Shown here: positions 11,875 to 24,005 of the stretch, one piece after another
Layout of the letters: each line of letters starts with the position of its first letter
How positions within the stretch are numbered: position 1 is the first letter of the stretch
NCBI GenBank assembly: GCA_003990765.1
Contig: RBNJ01000073.1
Coordinates: forward strand, 1 to 44,040
Origin: Jimgerdemannia flammicorona
Taxonomy: Eukaryota
DNA: 44,040 bases
Direction: 5' to 3'
The notes under the pieces: generated by a model
What the model was told of the DNA's origin: nothing
Seen by the model: only the letters and a program-made list of their open reading frames with translations
The model's database searches: none
Position numbers and translations under genes: made by a program

Positions 11875-13223
11875 TGTAAGAGGGTTTCTTATTAGGGTAA
11901 CTGTTATGTAGTTCTGGAAGGGTTTTCTGGAAGTTCTGGATATTCTGGAAGACTATTTTCTTAAGGTCAAGATCAATTTCTTATGGAGTATATCCTCTAT
12001 GCTTATTGATTTCAAGATTGGATTGATGTTTCAACCAAAGTCCTTTTTTGGACTAGTTCTGGATATTCAGGATTTTCCATATTTCAGGAAGTTCAAGAAA
12101 CTAAGACCAGCTTAGTTGAATTGGCATATTGCTGCAGACAATACTCAATTAGGAAATTTCATGATGGGGTTAGGAGTAGGACCTAATGGGGAGCAGATTT
12201 ACTTAAGAGTAGTTTATAGGTTATTAAATAGGTTTATTTGCTATTTATGATATTACTATACTAGGAGTAGTTGTATGAAGGGATATTGTGGAGAAGTGCT
12301 CAGGAGTTGTGTTTGGATTATTCAAGTCTGAGATTCTGAGGTCTGGGAGAGGGAGTATTTATACTAGTGAGGGGCTATCTGGACTATGCCAAATATGGAT
12401 GTAGTACTTAGTACCTTACTTATATCATAGATATCCTTCATAGTATATTTGACTTGGAGCATTTGCAAGATGTGGTCATCAGGGTGTGAGAAGGTTCTGT
12501 CTGTAGTTTGAATATACTTGATGTACTTGTGGTTGAGTTCTTATATCATATCATTGTTTGGCCATAGAACAGAGTAGTAACCATTTTGGTAGTAGTAACT
12601 CGGAGGCAGGGAATAAATGTGCTATACTCATAGAAGAGTTCTCGATGTTTGTAGGAAATGAGTTTCTGGTGTTAAGATATCTGGGTAATGTCCATGTCAT
12701 AGTAGTGTTTGACCATATCTTCTAGGAGGCAGCTGATCTGATAGTAGCTTGAGATTTGTCTGATTTGATGGACCTAACTAAGTATATTCAGAGTATTCTA
12801 TCAGGCTTCTATGAAGTAGAGGGGTACTAAGCTATGGATATTCATGAGGGACAGAGAGGGTATGGCTCAGTTGACAATAGCATTCTAAATATCAGCATGG
12901 ATACAGTTGTAGATTCAGTGGTCATATTTGTGTGTATGTTCAGGAGTTGGGATTATTTGTTTGGTTTGTTATAGTTCTCTGTTTTGATGTATCTTAGTAC
13001 TCAGTATATATGTATTTGGTTCTGATTGATAAGATTCTGTTTGTATAAATCTTGTATTCAATGACTTTGAGTTGACTCAGCTTTATATACTGTGACTTTA
13101 GTTTGACTCAGCTTCATGATCTTGCAGGTGATTTCCTGATTTGTTCAGAGGTCATGTATGATTTCGGTGGCTTGCTTGAAGAGTGACATGTGATTTCAGT
13201 AGCTTGGGGGTTATGTGCTTATA
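11875..13223 (-). repeat. 5' LTR of element B (1,349 bp; lacks ~0.73 kb present in the 3' LTR)
   Basis: Matches 3270-~3812, then jumps at ~12,419 to match ~4540-5347. Confidence 0.88.
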
Positions 13224-13228
13224 AATAG

Positions 13229-13850
13229 CCTTCTAAATAAGATTTAGATATGGTGAGTTCTGTATAATACTCTTTGATCTTATCAATATACTAGCAATCT
13301 TCCAAATACTGATGAATAATACTTTTTAGGATTATATTAGGGTATTTGTTCCAGTATATCTAGATAATATTCTACTCAGAATGCTCATTGATCACTATGT
13401 TGCTAGTATTTTTTCTCCAAAAATAAGGTCTTGATTGTTGCCAGAAGTCTGTATAACTTAAATGTTACTGGAGAAAGATGATTTCTATTAATTCTACTTA
13501 AGCTACCAATAATAACTAAAGACAAAAAGTTAGACTGCCATATCCAAGGCTTAAAAGGGAATACATGAGTTAAGGTTGAGCTAGAAGAGCCACAGACTCT
13601 TAATGAGACTATGAGATTTACTGATAGGTTTGATGTCCATCACCTTTGGCAATCACTTTGAACCAGAATACTGCAAGAAGAACTACTTTAAGAACTATTA
13701 CAAGAACCAACCCAAAGCAGTTGACCCAGTACCAATATATCTAAATACTATAAATAAGAAAAATAACAAGCTTACCTCTGAAGAGAAAGACTTTCTGTAG
13801 AAATCTGAAGCTTATTTCTTCTATCACCAAACAGAACATATTGTAACTGT
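13229..13850 (+). pseudogene. Heavily decayed gag of an older Ty3/Gypsy element C, into which element B inserted
   Basis: Plus strand KLDCHIQGLKGNT*VKVELEEPQTLNETMRFTDRFD, then PVPIYLN (PVPMDLD-like) and KLTSEE...AYFFYHQTEHI (decayed knuckle). 3115-3264 is probably its other side. Confidence 0.65.
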
Positions 13851-13854
13851 AGGC

Positions 13855-16800
13855 TCACAGGGGCATTGTACATTCTGAATGGAATTTGCAAATAGACATA
13901 GATTCTATCTGGGGTGATGAAGGCTGACTTTTCACTTATTGCTTCAGTGAGGCTGATTTGGTAGAATTCTGAGTATAAGTCCAAGATGCTGTAGTACTGT
14001 ACTTCATCTTCCAAAGTTACAAGGATGTCACTGATGAGGGGTAATGGTTGGCAATCTTTCTTGGTAACCAAGTTGAGCATCCTGTAATCAGTGCAGAGTC
14101 TTGGAGTGAATTCTCCTAGCTTGCTTCCTTTTTTCAGGACTAGTACAACTAGTGAAGCCCAGGGGCTGCTGACTTCTTTAATGATACCAGCTTCTTCTAT
14201 CTGCTTGATTTCTTCTCTAAGCTATTTGCTGTAGGCTAGTAGTATTAGTCTTGCTTTTTGATAGATTGGTTCAGTGTCTTCTGTGTCCATGACATGATAG
14301 TAGTATGGGGTCTTTCCTTTGATACTCTTGAAATCTGCGACTAGAACATTCTTGAATTCATAGAGTATCTTCTTGAGTTCCTTCTTGAGTGGAAATTTGT
14401 TTCCAATAGTATAGCTATACTTGTTCATAGTTTCCTCCTTCTTGTGATCTAGTTTGGTAATATTGGTGCTAGTGAATACTTCTCTTTCTGTAGATCTGAA
14501 TCCTTTCTTTCCTCTTTCCATTTCCTTCAACTTCTTGACTTCCATGATCCTTGGTTGAAGAACTGGAAAGATTAACATCTATATTAGTTGGTCCTTCTTC
14601 TTGATTGGAAATAAAATTATAGGATTATGATTCCTAGCAATAAGTAGTATTTCTCTAATATAATCTAAATCAATGACTTCTCTTTCAATTGTGATTTCAC
14701 TCCTAGCTAAGCTGCTTCTTGTTTTGAGGATTCTGACATGGTCCTTTGGAATGGTCATCTCCAGACCAGTTGCAAGTAGGGTAGTTGTCTGGAGCTCCAG
14801 TACAGTTTCTTCTCCTGTGGCAATATCCATTCCAGCTACATTCTCTGACTTATATTCTGGTAGAACTGCATTAGAGTAGATCCTCCAAATCTTGATTGAT
14901 TTCTTCTTCATCATCACTGTCCTTCAGAAGGGCTAGTGGTTCATCATCCTCTTCCTCCTCCTCTTCTCTTTCCTGCTTTTTGAGAGCCTTCTGTCTTCTT
15001 TCCTGGTAGATCTTTCTGATGCCAATGCTACATTGGTAGCAGTCATTGATGTGCTCACTACAGTATATCTTGATTTCTTAGGGGCAGACTCTTTATAGTA
15101 TATATCCTTCTGTGATCTTCCTGTACCAGTCTTCTTCACTGATCTATCTAACTTTCTTCTTCTTTTTCTGAGTAGTTACCATATAGGCTCCTTCATGCTC
15201 ACTTTCTTCTTCCTCTATCTCAGGCAGCACTTCTTTATTAACATTAATAGAAATTCACATCTTCAGGCCTTAGTAGATGATCTGTATCTTCTGGGCATTC
15301 AGATTGATTATTGTCTTGGCTTTATAAAGCCACTGATTGCTGATGAGGATGTTATAGTTGGTGGCATTGGTCATGATCATATCTACTGAGATAGTTGCTC
15401 AAAAAAACTTGAGGGGAATATCTTAGATCTTTTTTAAAAATATGGCCCTTATACTATCTGCTGTGACAAATACCAGCTTAGTTACTTCTTCAACCTCCCA
15501 ACCTAAGCAGTCTGCTGCTTTCTTACTAAGGAGACATTCTCCTGCTCTTATATCAATGATGGCCTTGAAGATTCTATCTTCAATCTGATAGGTTGTATAG
15601 GTAGAGATCTTGCAATTATCTTTGCTCTCTTCTCCTAAGTCTTCTTGAATATTGTTGGCCTTGGTAATCTTTTAATATTGCTCCTTAGTTATCTCAGCAA
15701 GTCTATATCTCATTTGTTGTCTGAAGAATATAGATATTTCTACCAGCTGACCAAAGGTTGTATTGACTTTTTGTTGGCTGAGGTTCTTGAAGATATTATA
15801 TTTGAAGATCTTGGTTTTGTGAAGCTTTTTCTCCTTTTATCCTTCATTGGCTAGAGTGGTTCCTCAAATGATATCTTGGACAGTCTGTTCTAGCTCTATA
15901 TCTTGATCCATTTCTTTACTTTGACTTTCTATAGCAGTCTCTATCTATATTTCTACAGAGTTCTCCTTAGATCTCTCTAGTAGTCTCTTATAGGGTTACT
16001 TGTGGATATCTTTCTTAATAGTCTTGGCAGAGTAGGCCTCCTATTTCTCTTCATCTGATTCTCCAATCTTTTTGAAGGTGATAGTGTTGGCCTGTTCTTT
16101 ATTTCGAGTAGTATTTCTTGGCTGAGCCTTATACTTGGTTCTACTCATATATTTATATAAGTAGTGGTCTTCTTCTCTACAAGTGTAGCAGGTATCTCTC
16201 TTCTTGTCTGAGGTGGTGGCAAATTTCTGAACTGAGTGCCAGTCTCTTCCTTTAATTTCCTTTACTACATCTTCTAGGTAGGTTATCATTTTAGTAAACT
16301 TCTTAGTAAGTTTCTCTATAGGGTCACTATTTCTTTGCTGATCAGTAGCTCTTGGCTGGGGTATATTTCGATTGATTACTGCAGTAGGGATCACACTAAT
16401 TGCCTTGAGTGCTTTGATTCTATCCAGTAACTCTTTTCATTATGTGGTCTTGTGGATATCTGACTATCCAGTATTGCTGAGCATAGGTAATATTTTGTGG
16501 TAGATCCAGAACTATTAGTGATAAGCAGATGGCTAGGGCTATTACTGAGTAGACTTCTCTTATAAAGGTTAACTTAACTACTTGATCTCAGATAGTGTTA
16601 GCATAATCTGCAAGTATTATCTGATATTAGATTCTGATATAGAATGTGTTTGGATTCTTACTCATTCCTTGGCAGATTGTATTGAGTTGATCCTTCAAAG
16701 CTTACTTGATCTCATCTATATAGTAGATGGCTTAAAGCCAGGTCTTCTGTGCTGCTAGCACTATATTGTCATCATTTCTCACATAGATTGTGACTTCAAA

Positions 16801-17548
16801 TACTGCTTTTACTGGTCCTTGGAGACTGAAGGGCTTGAGGGCTACTTGCTGTATTGCTGTCAAGATCCTTATAGCAGTATATTGCTCAAAATCATCAATG
16901 AAGGTAATGATTGATTAATCTGAAGTATATCCATGAAATACTAATGATCTTATATCCATCTTTTCTAGATGTCTTGATTCAATTTGTATGATTGTTCAGG
17001 TGGTAGTGGTTGTTCATTGTTCAGCTTAAAAGTGTGGAATTCATCTTAAATTACCAGCTAATAGGTACCAAGTTGTAATATAGCAGACATATAATTATGT
17101 AAGTATATTGGATTTCTGTATCTTGAAAACTTGATCTTCTTTAACTCTGTAGAGTCCTCAGAATACAGGAGTGGGTGAGTTCAAAGTGTATCTACCTACA
17201 AGCTTACTAGTTTCTTTGCTTTCTCTTTGCTTTGAACTATTTCAATATGAGGTTTATTCACTCTAGATACTGGGGTATTTATATAAGTTTGCTAGCTATA
17301 AGATGGCTAAGTTATGACTATATTTTCTGTAAGTTATTTTCTATAAGTATAGATTCTCTATATCTGTGAAATCTTTACAATCATAAAGATTCTATATCTG
17401 TAGTATTTCTATGTTTGTAAAGTTTCTATATTTGTGAAAATATGACTACTATTTGTAAGACTATACTCTATTTGTGAATCAAATTCAGGTACTATGATCA
17501 AATATCTATTCTTCTGATTCATGTTACTAATTCAGATCAATCATCATA
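13855..17548 (-). mobile_element. Ty3/Gypsy family A, copy 2 (5' LTR, gag, PR, dUTPase, truncated RT), more mutated than copy 1
   Basis: Colinear with 1-3114 from ~14,345 onward; RT motifs SPWASLVVLV, PRLCTDYRMLN, LDLYSEFYQI, PFRMYNAP, then truncation at ~13,855; LTR at 17,074-17,548. Confidence 0.92.
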
Positions 17549-19480
17549 ATTCATATATATTACTTAGTATCTAGTATCTGGCTCTAGACAATAGTAGTCT
17601 CAAGAAACTCAGACCCTACTATATTAGACTATTTTAGATTCTAAAAAAGTATTGATTTATTATATATAAGTTAGTTTTCTTGATAACATTTTAAAAAATT
17701 CACTTAGTATTCCATATATCTCAGCTTTAACTATAAATTCAAAATATTTTTAATAGAAGAATTATACTATCTTTATATATATCTAATTATCATTAATTAA
17801 GAACTAGAATTAAAGTTAACTACTTTTTAAATTATAAAAATTAATAATTTAGATAAGTTATCAAACTTATCTACTACTATCTTATAAAATAAAAAGGCTA
17901 TTTCCAATATGATACTATCTAGAAAAAAGAAAATAATCTCTTACTAAATAAAGAAGAGATATTAACTTAATATATATATATATACTATATACATAATAGA
18001 AATTCTAATAAAATTTCTAAAGAATAGTTATACTTTTAACAGGATAGATATAAGTATTCTTTTGAATATTATATATAATTTATCTATAATATAAATAACT
18101 ACTAATAATATTAAGAACAAATCATAATTAAAATTACTATAGTTATTTTTATAACTATTAAATATGTATTAATAGACTTCTACTAAACTATTATATATAT
18201 CAATATAGATATTTAATAGTTTAGAATCTAAAGAATCTAATATCTTTAAGCCTTTTACTATTAGTAAGAGTTGAAGAAATAATATAAGATAGAATAAATT
18301 ATCTATCAATAAACTACTCTCAGTAAGACCAAATAGCTATTCTGTCTTTTATTAATAACTATATTTATATTATTATATAGAGACTATATGTTCTCTTTTA
18401 TATCTAAATACAAGTTCTTAATTAACTTCAAGAAGTATTCTCTAAAAATATCACTAACTTAACTATAAATATTAGAGCAATAATATTTTTTAAGTTAACT
18501 AATATATAGTACTTCAGTTTAATAAGTATCTTAAGTTTAGTATAGATTTAAATAAATAAATTTGAATAAAAAAAATAAAGATATAATAGTTTATTAAAGA
18601 GTAATAAATTATTGAAAATTTTAATCTAATAGTTATATATCTTATATAGTATAATTATATATAGATATATTCAGTATACCATATTTAGCCATAGTTATAT
18701 AATCTGTATAAATACTCTCTATATTAAGTATATTATAACCTTAGCTCTACTTTTCTCAAAAATGAAGAAGTATTCTTATTAAGAATTCTTAAATCTAACT
18801 TGTTTATAATTCTGAGTCTAATTAACTTAGAATTAACTATCTAATAATAAGACTCTAAAAGTAAACTGTATAAGTTTAGTAATATAATTAGACTCAGTAC
18901 TTCCTCATAAGAACTTAAAACTTAGAGCTATATAATAATCTATAATAGATTATCTGCAATATATTAATTCAATCAATATTTTTTTTTTAAAAAAAAAAAA
19001 TTAATTATATAGATATATATTATATCCATATCTATTATTTTACAATATATAAAAATTCAATCTTTTAAATTTACTTTATAAATAATAATAAAAATATATA
19101 AATTATTTTTCATTTTTAATAGATTGTGTTATATTTATAATAAAAAAGATATATTTATTAATAAATCACTTAGTTATATTTTTGTTTTAAGATTAATATA
19201 CATATATAAATATTATATATATTCTATAGTTTTCTGAATCTCAGTAACTCAATATTTTCTTATTTCAAAAAACAATACTAATCAATCTGGTCTCTATAAT
19301 AAAAATAAATATACATATAATACTATTAGGTCTAATAAATATATTTAAAGGTATTTGCTTACTTTCATTTCTCTTTTTTTTAATTATTATAGTATTAAAT
19401 ACTAATATATCATGGAGAAAAATAGTATACAATTATGAAACAATATGAAAAATGTTAACTTACTCAAATGAAATTGTAAC
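17549..19480. other. Extremely AT/TpA-rich decayed repeat-derived DNA
   Basis: No ORFs of 60 aa or more, essentially no CpG, abundant TA/TAG/CTA; abrupt switch to CpG-containing DNA at ~19,500. Confidence 0.6.
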
Positions 19481-19688
19481 TCCAAAAAATTCAAGTGACA
19501 CAGCCACAAGATTAGATTCGCCTACACCAGAGTTGTCGAATCTGCGCTGCCCTGATATTCGTCATAAACCAGTATAACGAAAAACAAAGCTTCATCAGCC
19601 AAGCAACACAACACGAACACGGACTTTTTTACTCCCTCGGCAAACTGTCAACTCTTCAATGCATTGCCACAAACATTCCCTCGTCAGC

Positions 19689-19726
<38 letters not shown>

Positions 19727-22700
19727 ACAAACCCCCAAGACAGCGCTGTGTCAACTACGACATGAACAGGAATTTGGTGGCAGGCAAAAACCCCCTGTTT
19801 GATATGTCGAGGCTTGGGGAAAGATTGCTCCTATATCCTTTCCAACATCAAGGGAACTTTGCAACCGCCATTGGCAACCGAAGACAGCACCGCGAAAAAG
19901 GTAAAAGCGATTCTATTCCCAAGATATGTCTAATTATCCCTTGTACGTTGTTCTCAGTATAATAGTTGTCTCTAAAACTGTGTAGCTTGAAGAAAAACTT
20001 ACCTCTAACTCCCAACCCCCTTTGTTTTATTTTTGCTAGAAATGATAACGTACAAGTCAGCGACTAGTTATACAGATAGCGAAATGCGGCTAGACACTGT
20101 ACCAATGGGCTGAGTTGGCCAAAATATCGAGGTAGTTATAAAGACGCAAAAAAGGGGCATTTTTGCAAACGGGACCCGTGGCGCGTGTAAAGGACAATGG
20201 ATAATCCATGTCACCTACAGCTATGCAATAAACATAAATAGGCAAGAGTCGCTATGAGGTTTTACATCATGCTGGTAACCGATGTAATGGAGATGGCTGC
20301 AAATGTTGGGCTACTCTTCGACGGGGCGGTATGTTGTTTTATTGCTGCTAGGAGGTACCGCGTTTTGGCGCTGCAGAATCATACAGTGTTCCATCCTCGA
20401 CCAATTATACTGACATCCACACTGTCTTCCAACTTTCGCCGTCTATTGCCTAAATGCTAATATCCAGCTGCCCATCACTACTCGGCGTGAAAGAGGCCGT
20501 CACATCTTATTGTTTTTTGGCCCCGAATAAAAACGATTGGGTTCTGTTTCGGCGTAATTCTTAAAATTCTTGGTCTACAAAATGTCATTCCAGCGATCGC
20601 CGGTCGTCAAATGCACGTAAGAAGCGGCTCAAAGGGGTGCGATGAAATATGTTGGGATTTGCAACTCGTTATGGCTTATGTACGTCATCAGTCTACGTCA
20701 TCAGTAATCGCACTGCAATATCAATAAAGTGCCGCTCTCTGTAAAGAACCACCTAATCACGACAGGTTATGAGCCCACCTACAAAAGGCTACGAGCACCG
20801 CCTACAAAATAAGACTCCGCGCATTTCCTCCATTCCAGCCAAACAAAAAAAAAAAAAAAAAAAAAAAAATGCAGCCAACCCGTACCACTGTTTCGACAGC
20901 CTGAATTCCTTGAAGCCAATTTTCGACAATTTTGAGTCGGTCTATTCGAACCAAGTGCCATACATACGTCACATTTATAATCCGGCCACGCGTTCTTGAA
21001 ACTTCCGTCGAATCGAATGGGATCGATTAGTTCGGAGTCTGCTAGCCACACTAGCATCGAAATCAACACTCTAATAAACTTGAACTAGTTATCGAACGTA
21101 ATTCGCCGCGACTCCTTTATTGCTTATCCTTTATTGCTTATAAGGTATCGCCCCATATAGATTACAATAAAAAATAACAATGAAAGGAGAGTCGAAACCC
21201 ATGTGACAATATTCCTGTTCAGTCTACATACACATATTGGCTCCGATCCTCCCGCCCTAGTAACAGTAACCATCCTAATAAAGATCTCAGCCGTGACGCC
21301 CTGCCCCTCTTCCCTCCCCGCCTCCCTTCACCTCACTCCTCTTTTTCTAGCAGCATGGCCATGCCCTACGTTTCATTCCTATCCCGTGACCACTAACTCT
21401 TACCTTCCCGGGCACCCGCTCTTGTTCTTGAAAACGTCTCCATCCTTGAGCGGTGTTTGTGGTGATAGTGAGGTAGGTGTTACGATAGTGATTAGCGACA
21501 GCGGCGGGTCTATTCTCGTCGTGCTGTTGGACTCGGGGCCGTTCGCTACCCCCCTCCCAACCCCACACAATTACCGACCTACACCCTGCTCACTTCCTCC
21601 TACCTCTCTCCACCACGCATGTCCCGCCTGGTCACCTCACCCGCGTGCGTCGAGCCAACAGAGGCGTAAAGCATCCAATTCTTCATGAGGACGTCGTTCA
21701 TAAGCAACGGACAGGATGTACCACTGACGCTGGACGAAGTAAGTTTGGATTGTCGGACTGGCCATGGCTCCGGCGGATGGCGGCGTTGTTCGAGATGGCA
21801 ATTTGTCGACGGTCAACGGTTCTGGGAGAGGGTTGTATTTGGAGAGGTGTGCTCAATCTCCTAAAATCACAAGAGATGCGCGCTCGGCCCCATCCACCTT
21901 TAACTGCTCTCTTCATTTTTCTTCGCCTCTGTCCCTCCCCTCATGTTTCCTCCAAAATAGACACCTACCTACCAATCACTTGCGATCACAACAATATTCT
22001 CCTTCGCATCTGGCTTAAAATCTGGGCAAGCGTAAAGTTGAGTGGAAGCCTGCCAGGGTAACAAACGTGGTTATATGAGAAAAAAAAGGATTGAATAGTT
22101 CAGAGTTTAGGAATTTCGAGTCGAAAACGATGCGCATATCGTTCTTTCCTCCCGCGATCTCCGCCAAAATAAAGGAAACGCATACCTCTGCATCTCTGCT
22201 CCTGTGGGAGTCAAGGCTCCTATGGGGGTCAAGGCTCATCGCGTCCATATTTTCAACAACATAGATCGCAGACCGATTGCATATTGCATCTCCAAAGCCG
22301 AAGAACTAAAGAGGTTCAGAACAGTATACGAGTTCTGTTATTAGTTTTCATCGGGCATGTGTGGGATAAATAGAGAAATAGATGCAAGGACAATTCGTAC
22401 GTGCTTGGTCGGAATGTGGTGGGATTCGTCAGAGTGACGTGTCTTTCGTTTGTTGAGTGGCACGGCACGTTAGGTTGACGCGTCGAATTTAAGGTTGTAT
22501 GGAACGGTGGCGCGAGGCCCTGACAAAAGAAGGTTCACGAACTACGCAAGCTGTGCGAAGCCCTTACGTGGATTACAGCATTGTTAACTAAGGGATGTTT
22601 CATAGGATAACAAAGGCTTATCGGGCTAAAACGGGTGAATTGGTGAATCGACATGAACGCGTAGTCCGTTCGACGAGTTCATTTTCTGGCCTTTTTTTCA

Positions 22701-23197
22701 GACAACCAACATGGGCTCCTAATGGGTCAACCTGGGGTATGACTGACCCGATCCGTCTTTCACAGATTAGGTTAGAGGGTCAACCCAAACCGTAAACCGC
22801 CAAACCTGGAGGTGAGTGCTCTTTCTGGCCGTTAAACACGTTTGAAGAACGTGGGAAGTCTGTGACGGTGCTACATACTAGAGCGTGATCGACCCGGACG
22901 ACCTGGGTTATACCGGTTCAGTAGCATTGTGTGAGATTGGAAAGATGACCTCTCCAAGTGATGGCTAACTGGTCGAGTGGCATTCAACTTGCACGGAAGG
23001 ATGCCAACTACGGCGACTTTGAGACATTGTCTTTTTCAACAATGCGAGGGTAAGGGACCTGTTAATAATGGGACCTAGCCATTTTTTATCTTGTATTTTT
23101 CCCGGGTTAACAAAGAATGTGTAAAAATGTTCTTTTTATTATTATCTTTATTTATTAATTCTATGTTTATGCCGCTCCCCTGCTACAAACTCAAGAA

Positions 23198-23201
<4 letters not shown>

Positions 23202-23244
<43 letters not shown>
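23202..23244. repeat. Poly(A) homopolymer (similar tracts at ~19,694-19,723 and ~20,845-20,869)
   Basis: Directly visible. Confidence 0.9.
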
Positions 23245-23247
<3 letters not shown>

Positions 23248-24005
23248 AATTTCGCTAGAAAATTCTTATGCCTACATACTTCAAACGAAAACCCCTGAGT
23301 GTCCCATTCACTATCGACGATGAAGCGGAACCAAAGCAAGAGACACCAGAGGCAATACATCACCCAGGATCACCCTCGCGTCTACTTTCAAACCTACCAA
23401 AGAACCGAAAATTACATAAAGGCATAAATCATATTGACCCCTATAATTTTCCGTGAAAGAATCACGTTATAATTAAAGGGGCTTGGCTGTCTACACTCCA
23501 CCGAGCTTTGGACCCCCAACGGTCTTGACATTCTGCCTATATATTTTTTTTGTCCTTGCCCTTCCTACGGCCCCGTAACAGAAATATCCCTCCTCCAGCC
23601 CTCCAGGCTCGCCCTCCCAACCTCCCGAAGCCACAACAACGACATTACAAAGAATACTTAATTCGAGTTACTGGGAATATTTGACGAAAGTCGATTCTAG
23701 TTATAACCCTACGAGTAATTCTTTTAACCGTTCCATGCGAAGAAGGCGGCTACTTTCACAGCAGTTTGGCGGACGGCGGGGGTAGCTGACTAAGTGGCTG
23801 AATGGGGCGAAGGGGTGCTGGTTTTGAGTACTCAATAGAATAGCGGACCCAGCAGCGAAAAATTGTTTGTAGAAGGAAACTTATTCAAGTCACTGTGGCT
23901 TGCGTGTCTGACCGGTTCGACCCGAAAAGGACTGACCCGGCGAGTCAATTATGCAACGGCGAATGTTTGTCAAACTGGAGAACACCCCAACATTCACTCA
24001 GAAAA

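Larger units (their letters stand above)
3270..13223 (-). mobile_element. Full-length, decayed chromovirus-type Ty3/Gypsy element B (~9.95 kb) with dUTPase
   Basis: Two homologous LTRs with T(G/A)TAAG...CTTA(T)A ends; perfect 5-bp TSD AATAG (3265-3269 and 13,224-13,228); PPT at 5349-5361; decayed PBS at ~11,862-11,871; internal order gag, dUTPase, PR, RT, RH, IN, chromodomain. Confidence 0.95.

Noticed and set aside
20-15854. Plus-strand ORFs overlapping elements A and B
   Set aside because: Antisense shadows of minus-strand gag/pol.
19762-22795. Short ORFs upstream of the NLR gene (e.g. 21,203-21,688 and 21,645-22,061)
   Set aside because: No recognisable motifs, several non-ATG starts, and no coherent exon chain. 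A small or non-coding gene cannot be excluded.
23895-24005. N-terminal extension of the 803-aa ORF from a GTG start
   Set aside because: Eukaryotic context makes a GTG start unlikely, and the ORF's TAA at 26,306 lies inside an intron.
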